Part shown: one piece after another, positions 21,931-32,229 of the stretch
How the letters are laid out: each line of letters starts with the position of its first letter
How positions within the stretch are numbered: position 1 is the first letter of the stretch
Assembly: GCA_965233585.1 (NCBI GenBank)
Contig: CBDDTI010000426.1
Coordinates: 1-33,793, forward strand
Reading direction: 5' to 3'
Length of the DNA: 33,793 nt
DNA from: a bacterium
Lineage (GTDB): Bacteria > SAR324 > NAC60-12
Program-made: the position numbers and the translations under genes
The notes under the pieces: model-generated
What the model saw: only the letters and a program-made list of their open reading frames with translations
Database searches by the model: none
Told to the model about the DNA's origin: nothing

Positions 21931-23143
21931 TCACTTGCTGCCGAGTTTGGCATTGACGGGGAAATCCAGACCTTGACACAGCTCCACCATACCCTCGGTA
22001 AATTCATCCAACTTGTGCAGAGGAAAATTCATCCTAATTATCTTGGTGCTGTGGCTTTTGTTGTTGTCGTTATACTGTGGGAAAAAAGATTTTTTACGCA
22101 TTTTTCCGCTCAATTTTTTTCTATTTACATTTTTATTTCGCCTTACCTGCTCTTTAGAGACGTAAAATACCGGCCACACGCTAAGGCCCGCAGCACGCTG
22201 GATATGCCTAACGCCGCTAACTCCAATTACCATCCTAGGGTTGGATGCAATCACTTTGCTCATCGGGGCAAAAGGCAAGCTCACCGATCGCGATGACACC
22301 TCCTTGTTTTTAAAAGCCTCAATAAACTTTTTCATGGTGGCTGGATTAGGGTAGATGTACTGTTGGGCAAAACAGTGCAAAAAGTTTTTTAAACAAAAAT
22401 ACGCTGAGCTGATTTTGAACTGTTTTACTCACCCCGTCGTCTCCAATAAAATATTGTTCGCGATGGCTGTGGCTTTCTAGCCACTTGGAAAAGTTTACCT
22501 CCGCGGTTTTTACGCGCTCGTTAACATCCCATTTGCAAGGTCGAAACAACTCCTCTTGCTTTTTCCTTGACAAATTAATCCCATCCACCTTGGACGAAAC
22601 CGGCTCCGGCTCGACATAATTTTTCCTTTTTGAATCTGGTAATTTCTTTTTGCCTGAATCGGACCTGGGTCTTTTTTTCACGCAAAACGGCTTTCCTCGA
22701 TCCTCCATCTCCGGTTCTTCAATATCAGTCGGAGCATCGTCATCATCATCGTCATCATCGTCATCCTCATTATCATCTTGGGCGGCATCAGACTCAACAT
22801 CGTTATCATCGTTATCAGAGCCGTCTCGCATGTTCTCTGAGCCGGATTCTTCAGACTCGTCATCGCTTGAATTCTCGTTGTCTCTCATGTCCTCATCCTT
22901 CTCCATGTCTGAGTCGGAATCTTCTAATTGCTTATGTCCTTTGTTCGCAGACGACGAACGGGATTTGGCAAGTTTACTACTTTTTTGCTCTTTGGTGTAA
23001 ACTTTTGACGTTTTTTCAACGAGGCTTTTGTCGAACGGTGTCTTTTTCGTGACCTTTTTATGCGCAGACTTCCCCTTTTTTTTGTACAAGATCGTCTTGC
23101 TGCCTTTGCCATTGCTTTCAGATGATGTAGCCAGTTTACCCAT
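21931..23143 (-). CDS. Hypothetical ~379-aa protein with basic and acidic low-complexity N-terminus; two exons (23143-22433, 22359-21931)
   Basis: Two out-of-frame ORFs join in frame through a 73-nt intron GGG|GTGAGT...CAACAG|TAC, giving FIGDDG-YIYPNP. Confidence 0.7.
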
Positions 23144-23222
23144 GACGCGACCGATGTTTTTTCTTAGGTGTGGATGTGAAGCCAGTCAAAATATTATTGG
23201 TGTTTCACCAAAAGCGCAAATT

Positions 23223-23336
23223 GGCTTTTATACTATTTTGGCTTATATAATGGCAAATGCTAGAATATTCTCGATGAAATTGTGGTCAACTTTTAACCCA
23301 TTTTAAGGTAAAAAAAAGTTCTAGAAGAAACTAGAA
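23223..23336 (-). promoter_or_regulatory. Two TATA boxes with upstream HSE-like elements
   Basis: Minus-strand TATAAAAGCC (23232-23223) and TATATAAGCC (23249-23240); plus-strand GAAtaTTC at 23263-23270 with partial flanking units; TTCtaGAAgaaactaGAA at 23319-23336. Confidence 0.5.
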
Positions 23337-24127
23337 AAATCGAAAAGCAATTATTTTTATAAAGGTTTGAAAAAATTTAAAAATGCTCATTTCTATTTTT
23401 TGTCGGTAAAATGACCTAAAATTAGGGCATCTTTTGTAAAATGATTAATTTTTTCCCCTTTTTAGATCCTGCTCCTTGGCACGTGCTTTTTTTCTCACTT
23501 GAGCTAATGGTTTTCTGCTTAATGGTTTTCAACGCTAATTTTTCCTTCCAGAAAATTGTCATTCTTTATTTCTTTGACCGCAAAAAAGGGTGCAAAGACC
23601 CGATTGTTAACCTTTTAATAATTAATCTTTTTCCTTTTTGCTGATTTATTTTAATGGGTGTGCTGCTAAAAAATTGGCTGTTGTTTAAAAAGAAAAAACA
23701 ATTTTTAGCAAACACTCTGTCTCATATCTTGTCATTAATTTGCTCCAATTTCGGCGCTTTTTTGCTTTAAGCCTTAATGCATGTGCGGAAAAATGAACAA
23801 AAATAAAGGAAAATTGCACGGAAAACACAATCTGACGTCAGGTTGCGGGGATAAAAGGATTTACAAGAAGGGTTAAAATTTTCTCCAAAATTAATTATCT
23901 TTTTCAAAAAACCAGGTTTAATTTTTGCGCCTTTTTTCTACTATTAAAAAGTTTACATGAATGACCCTTTTTGGATAAGGAGTCATTCCAAAATCTAAAC
24001 TGAAACCGAAAAGATCCTGGTTTTATCTTTTAGACACTTTGAAAAAAATCGTAAGTAGACAAAAAGTCTTTACAATTTTAAAACATTGAATTTTTTGAAA
24101 AAATATTTTTAAACATAAAGTTGGTTA

Positions 24128-24240
24128 AAGTCTAAAAAAATTTTTTACACAAAAAAATTGAGCTTACGCAAAAAAATTTTAACAATTGCTTAAAGTCTTA
24201 AAATTTTTTACACAAAAAATTGAGCTTACGCAAAAAAAAA
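24128..24240. repeat. Two ~50-bp direct repeats in the AT-rich intergenic region
   Basis: AAAGTCT..AAA.TTTTTTACACAAAAAATTGAGCTTACGCAAAAAAA occurs at ~24128 and ~24192. Confidence 0.8.
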
Positions 24241-24279
24241 ATTCTTAAACCACATTTCAATCACCCTGCTTTCTAGACA

Positions 24280-25056
24280 ATGCCGAAAAATAGGGAATCA
24301 AGATTAATTGGTTTTAAGAGGTGTGGGCCTTTCCAAATAAAGCTGGGAAGAAGGACACCTGTGGATCAAGTCTCGGTCGAGCTCACGTCCGCATCTTCCA
24401 CCGTCGCGCTGCCTTCAACCTCACCGCCCGCTTCCCTTTCAACCTCTTTTATTCAAATTAGAACCGAGCCCCTTTTATCCTCGACGCCTAACACCTCGTT
24501 TAGACCGGTGTGTTACAGCCCCCCGGCTCTCCCTTCGCCCGTACCATCACCGGTCTATTCAATGCCCGCTCCCTTTCGTCCGCTTCAACCTGACATGTTC
24601 TTACCGGGCCCCCCAACTCCGGCTCCACCGAGACTACCAACCATGTCTCCAACGGCTGTGTCCCTCCCGCAATCCCCGATGTTGTGTGACATGAGGTCTT
24701 TGCGGGCTCAGCTAAGGCCGATCCGTCCGGCGCCCATAACAACTCCGCTTTTGGCAGCACCACCGCGACTCGTAATCCCCGAACCGCGAGGAGCAAGGGT
24801 GGTAAGATTACCGGGCGTGTCGGTAAATGGAGGGGCCATAAGTGAGGGGCTCGACTTGAGGGTAAACCGCCCCTGCCCGGATCCGCAGGTTTTTTCGGAT
24901 AAATTAAAGAAAATTTTAAGTAAGGTGTCACCCTTGCTCGTATTTTACGAGTCGCAAGGGGAAAATTTATTTTTAAACCCGTCAATTCGGGAATTGTATA
25001 AAAAAAATTTAAACGATGTGCAAGAAATTGTAGAGAGTGCTAATAATTTATTGTAA
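24280..25056 (+). CDS. Proline/serine-rich hypothetical protein
   Basis: 258-aa GC-richer ORF following a ~1 kb AT-rich intergenic region; helical-looking C-terminus. Confidence 0.65.
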   Translation: MPKNRESRLIGFKRCGPFQIKLGRRTPVDQVSVELTSASSTVALPSTSPPASLSTSFIQIRTEPLLSSTPNTSFRPVCYSPPALPSPVPSPVYSMPAPFRPLQPDMFLPGPPTPAPPRLPTMSPTAVSLPQSPMLCDMRSLRAQLRPIRPAPITTPLLAAPPRLVIPEPRGARVVRLPGVSVNGGAISEGLDLRVNRPCPDPQVFSDKLKKILSKVSPLLVFYESQGENLFLNPSIRELYKKNLNDVQEIVESANNLL

Positions 25057-25152
25057 ATATAACAATTGTGTGTGTATATATATATATAAAGATTAAAAGA
25101 TACAACATTTTTTCTTTTTCCAGAAAAAGTTTAAAAGCGAGAGAAAAAAAGA

Positions 25153-25788
25153 ATGACGCACAAGTGTGAAACGTGTCACATATCGTTTTCCAGAAAGAGT
25201 CGTCTTGCCAATCATTTAAAATTAAAACACGGAAATCAAGCAAATCATAATGGTCGCGACAAGTTGAGAAAGTGCCCGTTTTGTGAACTTAAATACAGTG
25301 ATAAGAACGAGTTATCGCTTCACGTAGATTCGAATCACGCGGAATCAAGGGTATTTTCTAAAAGGCAAGGAGCCATTGGCGACAAAGTTTGCATTTTCCA
25401 ACAAGAACTGACTCACCTAAAAAGCTCTTTGCAAGATTTTTGCAACTCTAAGCAAACGATCGAGAATGTGTTTAATCTCGTTAAAAGTCAATTTACACAT
25501 CGGGTGGTTTGTCGAATAAGTATAACAATCACGGCAGATTACGAGATACAGGGTTTAGACGAAGAAAGTCAGGGAAAAAGCATCGACATCGATTCTTTCA
25601 CGTTACGGTCAAAAGGCGTCGCGGTCAACAAATATCAAAGCGATAAGCAGATTCGAGATAGGATAAAGTCACTTTTGGCTGGATCGGTGGAGAGGGAAGA
25701 CGATTTGTTAACTAGAGGTTCAGGTTGGCGATTTGCTCAACTTCAAAGTTGCAGCGTTTTAATCTATGACTGTAGCAGTATTTTTTAA
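25153..25788 (+). CDS. C2H2 zinc-finger protein carrying the Polinton pPolB N-terminal (terminal-protein-like) region
   Basis: CETC...HLKLKH and CPFC...HVDSNH fingers; RGSGW motif normally found upstream of the vOTU-like region of Polinton PolB. Confidence 0.75.
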   Translation: MTHKCETCHISFSRKSRLANHLKLKHGNQANHNGRDKLRKCPFCELKYSDKNELSLHVDSNHAESRVFSKRQGAIGDKVCIFQQELTHLKSSLQDFCNSKQTIENVFNLVKSQFTHRVVCRISITITADYEIQGLDEESQGKSIDIDSFTLRSKGVAVNKYQSDKQIRDRIKSLLAGSVEREDDLLTRGSGWRFAQLQSCSVLIYDCSSIF

Positions 25789-25790
25789 TA

Positions 25791-28700
25791 ATGAACAGCG
25801 ACTCTGTAAACGTGCCCGAGTATTTATTAAAGTGTCGAAGTGTTTTATGGAACAGAAAATACGATGAAAAGAATTTTCTATATTGTGTCATAGGACATCT
25901 TTGGCCGGAAACGGCAAACATCAGACAATGTGAAAAAATTCCAAAGGAGTATGAAAGTAAATTTAACTTGCAGGGTTTAACCTTTCCCCTGCAGTTTAGC
26001 CAGATTAGCAAGTTTGTTCGAATTAACAAGCACCTACCGTTACGTATAAGAGTTCTTTTTGAAGGTGAACATCAACTGAGTGTTTTAGACGTTTTCTCCA
26101 ATAGATCCGGCGAGAAAAATAAGAACAAAAATACGCTAAATTTGCTAATGATTAAAAGTGATCGTCAAATTTCATCGGCCAATAAAGACAGCATTGACGT
26201 AAATGGCATTTCCAACGTGAAAGACCTTGAGCATCAGCACCATTTTTTCACCATTGCTAATTTAAATGGCTTTCTGAACAACCGAAAATCTGCTATGACC
26301 AAAGGAAGACGGCATAGAAGTCAGTTTTATTTTTGTGACAGCTGTTTAAGAGATTTTCGTTCGCGCAAGAAACAAAAATTACACGAAAAAATCTGTCAAA
26401 TGGATAAACAAGCGGTGATTTATCCAGAAAAGGGCAGTGTCTTGAATTTCGATAAGCAAAGAAATGCTTTTAAAGCACCTGTAGTGGGATTTGCTGATTT
26501 TGAGTGTTTTATGGAAAAGTCAGAGCAAGAAGCAAAAACATGTAAAACATGCGGAAAAGCGTGGGTGACATGCGAATGTCAAGTGTCGGGATGTGCTGAG
26601 CTAAGTAAACATCGAGCTTGCGGCTATTCAATTTGTTTTGTCGATTCGGAAAACGAAGTATTTTATCAAGAAACGTACAGTGGAAAAGACGCTGTGGAAA
26701 ATTTTTTATCAAAGCTGGATTATTTCGAAGAATTAGTGGAAGCGCGAAAGCAACGGTTCAAGAACACATCTCAAATTATAGCGAGCAAACATGATTGGGA
26801 AGAGTACCACGCCGCCACGCTATGTCATATTTGCAAAAAAGATTTTGATTCAGGCTCGCGATTATATAAAAAAGTGGTTGATCATGATCACGTCACCGGA
26901 AACATTGTTCAAGCGGCGCATTCTATTTGCAATCTGCAACGACAGGGTCCATTTAGAACACCTATATACTTTCACAACGCCAAGGGGTAAGTACAGACTT
27001 TTTTAATCAAATGCAAATATTTATAATCCTTGACTTGAGGGAAGGTCAAGATAAAATTTTTTTTTTATTTTAAGATATGACATAAATCTACTAGTAGAAA
27101 AATTGGACAAAGAGGCTAATCTGATGGCGAGTAACCAAGAAAAGTTTAGGACAATCACTATTGGAAAATTTCAAATTAGGGATTCTCTAGAGCACGTGCC
27201 ATCCAGTCTTGATGCGCTCATGACGGATTTATGCAAGGATGAGACGTTTACCTTCCCGATTCTCAAACAATTCGAGCCTTACAAGAGGCTGTGGACGCGA
27301 CAAAAGGTGAAAGGTTTAAAATTATTGAAAAGAAAAGGAGTATATCCGTATGAATACTTTTCATCATATGAGTCGATTAAAAACAGTCAATTTCCACCAA
27401 AAGACGCTTTCTACTCGAGATTGAGCGAAGCCCACATCTCAACCGAAGATCATAAGCACGGCTATGAAGTGTTCAAGTTTTTTAATTGTAAAAATATGGA
27501 CGACTACATGAAGTTATATTGTGGACTGGACGTGATTTTGCTGGCTGAGATTTTTGTAAAGTATCGAGAAATGGTGATGAAGCACTTTGAGTTGGATCCC
27601 ATCTACTATTTAGGTATACCTGGCTTGTCATTTGACATCATGCTTAAAATGTTTCAAAATGAAGAAAGAAAAGACGAAGAAGAGATTAGTCCTGATTTAA
27701 TGTCGAAACCACCGGGCTCATTGGACTTGTTTCACGATCCGGCAATGGAACAGTTTTTTACACGCGGCATTAGAGGAGGGCAGAGTTTTATAGCTACCAG
27801 ACAAGCAACGGGTCAGGCCGATCCTAAAGCGAGCGGCGAGCATTTACTATATGTAGATGGTAATATTTTTTATTAAACGTCAAAGAAAAAAAGTTTGATT
27901 AAAATTACGATACATTTTCAGCTAACAATCTTTACGGCAGCATGGAAACACGCATGCTGCCGGTGGGTAATTTTAAGTGGGTGCCAAAAAAGGAGATAAA
28001 AACATGGACGGACAAGGACATTTTGAATTTGCCTTCGCAAAGCAGGATTGGCTATGCTTTTGAAGTGGATTTGCACTATCCAAAAAAATATCATGAGGTA
28101 AATAATTGTTTCTGCTAAACACCAACTGCTAGAAAAAATTTTTTTATTTATTTTGCAGAGAGATGATCAATTTCCTTTGGCTCCTTACACTGACACAATA
28201 AACTATGATGATCTGTCACCGTTTAACAAACAACTTTTGAAGAAGCACTGTCCGACAGATTACAAAAACAAACGTTACAGTTCGCGAAAGCTTCTTGCCA
28301 CATTCTACCCGCGACGTAAATATGTCGTCTTGTTAGATAATCTAAAGTATTATTTGAGGCGAGGGCTGAAGCTTACAAAAATCAGACGAGCGGTCAAGTT
28401 TGAGCAAAAAGACTTTTTAAAAAACTTTATCACAAAAATTACAAAATTAAGGTCGGAGGCAAAAACTGATTTTGAATTACGTCTCTTCAAGTTGTTTGCC
28501 AATTCCACATTTGGCAAATTTATAGGTAAAATAAAGTAATGGCTCCATTTTTTTCACAATAAAATGTTTAATTTTTTTCAGAGAACGCGCGAAACTACAT
28601 CGAAATCGTATTGTGCCACAATGAAAAGAAGCTGAGAAAGACTTGCGTGGGTCAGCATGTTTCGAATTTGAAAGTCATAAACGAAAACCTTGTGGCTGTC

Positions 28701-29369
28701 ATGAAAAAACCGGCCGTTATTGAAATGAAGAAACCGTTGGCGGTAGGGTTTGCGATTTTGGAACTATCCAAACTCTACATGTATCGATCGTACGACAAAT
28801 TTAGACGTTACTTTGGAACGGAGAATCTAAGGCTGTGCTTTTCGGACACAGACTCGTTTCTGTTTCAAGTAAAATGTCAAAATTTAGTTAAAAAGTTAAA
28901 AAGAATGGAACACATGTTCGACTTCTCAAAATACGATAAAGATCACGAGTTGTTTGACGATAGCAGAGCCAATCATTTGTTTTACTTCAAAGACGAGCTA
29001 AAAGGAAAGGCTGCAATTACTGAATTTATCGGCTTAAGGCCAAAATGTTACAGCATGACGGTCAAGGATTTGAAAACCCGAGGAGCCAGCGTAAAGAAAA
29101 TTTGTAAGGGCCTCAAAAAAACTAGTATTAAGAATCACTTGACCTTTGAGGATTATAAAAAATGTTTAAACGAATCAACATTGGTATATAAGCCTCTTGT
29201 TAATATTAAATCAAAGAATCACAGAATGTCAACAACCTACCAACGGAAAATTGCTCTATCTGCCATGGACACCAAACGTTATGTGCTTTCTTGCGGAAAG
29301 TGCACTTTGGCCTTAGGAAGTTGTCATGTAAAAAAATGTTATAAACATGAATGTAAGAAAATCAAATAA
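25791..29369 (+). CDS. polB: Protein-primed family B DNA polymerase, 5 exons (25791-26986, 27075-27859, 27922-28097, 28159-28525, 28582-29369), ~1103 aa
   Basis: Splicing restores HNAKG|YD, YVD|ANNLYG, YHE|RDDQFPLAP and KLFANSTFGKFI|EN; also ADFEC, RKGVYPYEY, SDTDS and an EndoVII-like insert CHIC...DHDH...AHSICNL. Confidence 0.93.
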
Positions 29370-29431
29370 ACGTATTGATAAAAATTGATGGTAATATTTT
29401 GTCTCTTTTTTGTGACAAGAAAATTAAAAAC

Positions 29432-30118
29432 ATGGACGGATTTGATTTGCGCTTTAAGCTTCCATCTAACTTACTCGCGGTAGGTCCCACTTCTTGCGGA
29501 AAAACGTCATGGCTAAAAAAACTGGTTGAAGATAGGGCCATAATGTGCTCGCCCGTTCCGGAATGTATGATTCTATTTTACAAAGAATTTCAACCGACCT
29601 ATGCTGATATGGAGCGGGGGATGAACGATGACGCGCGTGAAAAGAGGTTTTGCAAATTTTCATCCATGCCAGAATCGGTTGAAGAGATGAAAGATATACT
29701 GGAAACGTTCCCTAGAGCTCTTCCGAAAATTGTGGTATTTGACGATTTTCTTGATGAAGTAGGATCGGTGCTAAAGCACTTTTTCACGGTTTTAACGCAT
29801 CATTATAATTGTTTGACAGTTTTTTTGTGTCAGAACATGTTTAGCGCCAAAAGCGAACTCAGAATGCTCAGCATCAACTCGCAGTACATGATTTTATTCA
29901 ACAATCCGAGAGACCGTAGCGCCGTCTCGCACCTGGCTAAACAGGTGTATCCGGGTAACGTGCATCGGCTAAACGATGCATATGCGGCAGCAACCGGTGA
30001 AAGACCTTATGGCTATTTACTGTTGGATTTTCATCAGCAGCAAAATAATTCGGTTCGATTAAGAAGTCATATTTTTCCGGACGAACAGCCTACAAGGGCG
30101 TACAACGTACGCACGTAA
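29432..30118 (+). CDS. A32/FtsK-like DNA packaging ATPase
   Basis: Walker A GPTSCGKT, Walker B IVVFDD, HH.N..V....QN, NPRD, PYGYLLLD. Confidence 0.94.
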   Translation: MDGFDLRFKLPSNLLAVGPTSCGKTSWLKKLVEDRAIMCSPVPECMILFYKEFQPTYADMERGMNDDAREKRFCKFSSMPESVEEMKDILETFPRALPKIVVFDDFLDEVGSVLKHFFTVLTHHYNCLTVFLCQNMFSAKSELRMLSINSQYMILFNNPRDRSAVSHLAKQVYPGNVHRLNDAYAAATGERPYGYLLLDFHQQQNNSVRLRSHIFPDEQPTRAYNVRT

Positions 30119-30148
30119 GAATGGCGAAATCGTTAAGTATAATGGTAA

Positions 30149-30502
30149 ATGACGAAATCACTAGAAAAAGCAGTTTCTCTTTTAAACGCGGTAAAACATT
30201 TAAAAGACCGTGACTGTTCCAATTTCATCGGATGTTTAAACGAGGAAGGCATCTATACTCTGTGTCGAATAATACACTACGTTTTGAACGGAGAGCTTAC
30301 TTTTAGTAAGCGCGTTCGAGCAAAGTTAAGATCGAAAGTCGGGTGTCATCTGCCTGACTTTAAAAAACTGTCAAATTACCCGCGCAATAGTCGAGATATT
30401 TGCAAAAAGAAACGAATACTGCAAAGAGGAGGCATAATCGGGGTTTTGACGGCTATTGCTAGCGCTGTAATACCTCTAATCACTCAACTTATTACAAAAT
30501 GA
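30149..30502 (+). CDS. Small Polinton-type protein with C-terminal QxGG plus hydrophobic/amphipathic helix
   Basis: KKKRILQRGGIIGVLTAIASAVIPLI, immediately after the ATPase as is common in Polintons. Confidence 0.78.
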   Translation: MTKSLEKAVSLLNAVKHLKDRDCSNFIGCLNEEGIYTLCRIIHYVLNGELTFSKRVRAKLRSKVGCHLPDFKKLSNYPRNSRDICKKKRILQRGGIIGVLTAIASAVIPLITQLITK

Positions 30503-32043
30503 AGAAGAAACAGGAAGAGGACGTATCCACCATGTTTTTGGTGCCGAAACGAATTTACCTTGCCGTGAGGGAGGTCATTAGCGAAGATGACAAGCTTAAT
30601 CAATTAGATCAATTGAATAAAGGTACAAATTATATAGAAAACGCTATTCAATTTAAGCAGCAGAAATCCTACAAGTCACAACCGGAAGATTTGAAGAAAA
30701 CGGTTTCAACTTCGGTAAATACGTTCAATAACATTGAGCAGCCGGCACAGATTGAAAGGAAATCCTTGCCTGCTCGAAACAGCGAAGAACTCTCGCAAGA
30801 TGGTTTTACTTCTGTCCCTCCATCAAGCGGGAGCCAGCTCGATGGTCCTAATTTCATCTTTCCACCTGTAAATCCAACGGAAGCGGAAAACGTAAAACAT
30901 CAAAAGGAAATAACGCTTTCGCATCAGGAAATTGCGTCGGAAAATTTACTCAATAACAAGCCTCAGCCTCAACATTGCGAACCATCAAACATCGACTCGA
31001 AAAAGAAGAACAACGTTCCGCCAAAACTTAGATGCCCGTTTTGTAACTATGCAACCTACTCAAGGGTATATTTTCTTATGGAACATTTGCGTAATAAACA
31101 CAACTACCGCGCTAGTTTGGAAGAAGAAAGATCAGCAAGAGAAACATTGGAAAAGGCCAAAATTGAGCGCAATTCAAACAAAACCAAGGAACCTTTGCCA
31201 TCTTTTCGCGGCAAAAGAAAAAACATTAATGTCGAGGATGAAAGCGACATTCCATTAAAGCGACGAAAACGTAATTGTTTAACTAAAAATTACGATGAAA
31301 ATGAACCACTTTCGAAATTAAGACGCAATGTAAAAAATAAAAAATTAAATGCAAAACCGACAAAGAAAAAGGTAAAAAAGTCAACTTTTGATGAAAACGA
31401 GCCACTTTCTAAATTAATACGTCGAGATGTAAAAACGAAGAAAGAAAAGAAAGAATTAAGAAAATTAACTGTTGATGAAATACCTAAACAGGATGGGAAG
31501 CTTTTTAAATTACGAAAAAACCCGTTTTACATGAAGCCTTATAAAAATTACAATACGAAGAAAGAAAAGAAAGAATTAAAAAAGTTGACTGTTGATGAAA
31601 TACTTAAACAGGATGGGAAGCTTTTTAAATTACGAAAAAACCCGTTTTACAAGAAGCCTTGTGAAAATTACGATGAAAATGAACCACTTTCGAAATTAAG
31701 ACGCAATGTAAAAAATAAAAAAATAAATGCAAAACCGACAAAGAGAAAGTTAAAAGAGTCGACTTTTGATGAAAACGAGCCACTTTCTAAATTAAGACGT
31801 CAAGATGTAAAAACGAAGAAAGAAAAGAAAGAATTAAGAAAGTTGACTGATGATGAAATACAGCTTTTTAAATTACGAAAAAACCCATTTTACAAGAAGC
31901 CTTATAAAAATTACGATGAAAATGAACCACTTTCAAAATTAAGACGCAATAGAAAAAAAAAACCCGTTTTACAAGAAGCCTTCAATAGCGGAGCGACAAG
32001 AGGAAGTATTACCAGCGCAAGTACAATTGCGAAAACTAGATAA
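30499..32043 (+). CDS. Lys-rich repeat protein with a C2H2 zinc finger
   Basis: 514 aa; MFLVP near the N-terminus, CPFC...HLRNKH finger, five DENEPLSKL repeats. Confidence 0.75.
   Translation: MKKKQEEDVSTMFLVPKRIYLAVREVISEDDKLNQLDQLNKGTNYIENAIQFKQQKSYKSQPEDLKKTVSTSVNTFNNIEQPAQIERKSLPARNSEELSQDGFTSVPPSSGSQLDGPNFIFPPVNPTEAENVKHQKEITLSHQEIASENLLNNKPQPQHCEPSNIDSKKKNNVPPKLRCPFCNYATYSRVYFLMEHLRNKHNYRASLEEERSARETLEKAKIERNSNKTKEPLPSFRGKRKNINVEDESDIPLKRRKRNCLTKNYDENEPLSKLRRNVKNKKLNAKPTKKKVKKSTFDENEPLSKLIRRDVKTKKEKKELRKLTVDEIPKQDGKLFKLRKNPFYMKPYKNYNTKKEKKELKKLTVDEILKQDGKLFKLRKNPFYKKPCENYDENEPLSKLRRNVKNKKINAKPTKRKLKESTFDENEPLSKLRRQDVKTKKEKKELRKLTDDEIQLFKLRKNPFYKKPYKNYDENEPLSKLRRNRKKKPVLQEAFNSGATRGSITSASTIAKTR
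31285..31980. repeat. Intragenic mosaic tandem repeats
   Basis: Recurring GATGAAAAYGARCCACTTTC blocks and AAAGAAAAGAAAGAATTAA...TTACGAAAAAACCC blocks. Confidence 0.85.
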
Positions 32044-32229
32044 AAATGACAAATCTTTGTATAAAAAATTTCCTAAATTGATTGTTAGAAAATTTTAAAA
32101 AACAAGATAAAAGATAAAAATAAAATTTTCATATTTTTGCAATTTCCTTAACTATTTAGTAACAGCATTCCGTTGAAGTTTATAGCAAAAAAGAAAAGAA
32201 AACCCGAGTTATTGAGCGCGTTTCTTCGT

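Noticed and set aside
22346..22400. Programmed frameshift or homopolymer error at TTTAAAAAACTTTTT
   Set aside because: A consensus 73-nt intron explains the frame change better.
25053..25152. Splice fusion of the Pro-rich ORF to the zinc-finger/terminal-protein ORF via the acceptor-like TTTTTCCAG at 25123
   Set aside because: A TAA at 25132 blocks the frame leading to the 25153 ATG; at most a short C-terminal extension or UTR intron.
25791..29369. PolB as a fragmented pseudogene
   Set aside because: All four breaks are explained by GT-AG introns that restore frame and motifs.
14628..31258. Antisense or nested ORFs inside core genes (e.g. 16920-17354, 22630-23052, 24500-24985)
   Set aside because: Shadow frames of well-supported genes with no independent evidence.
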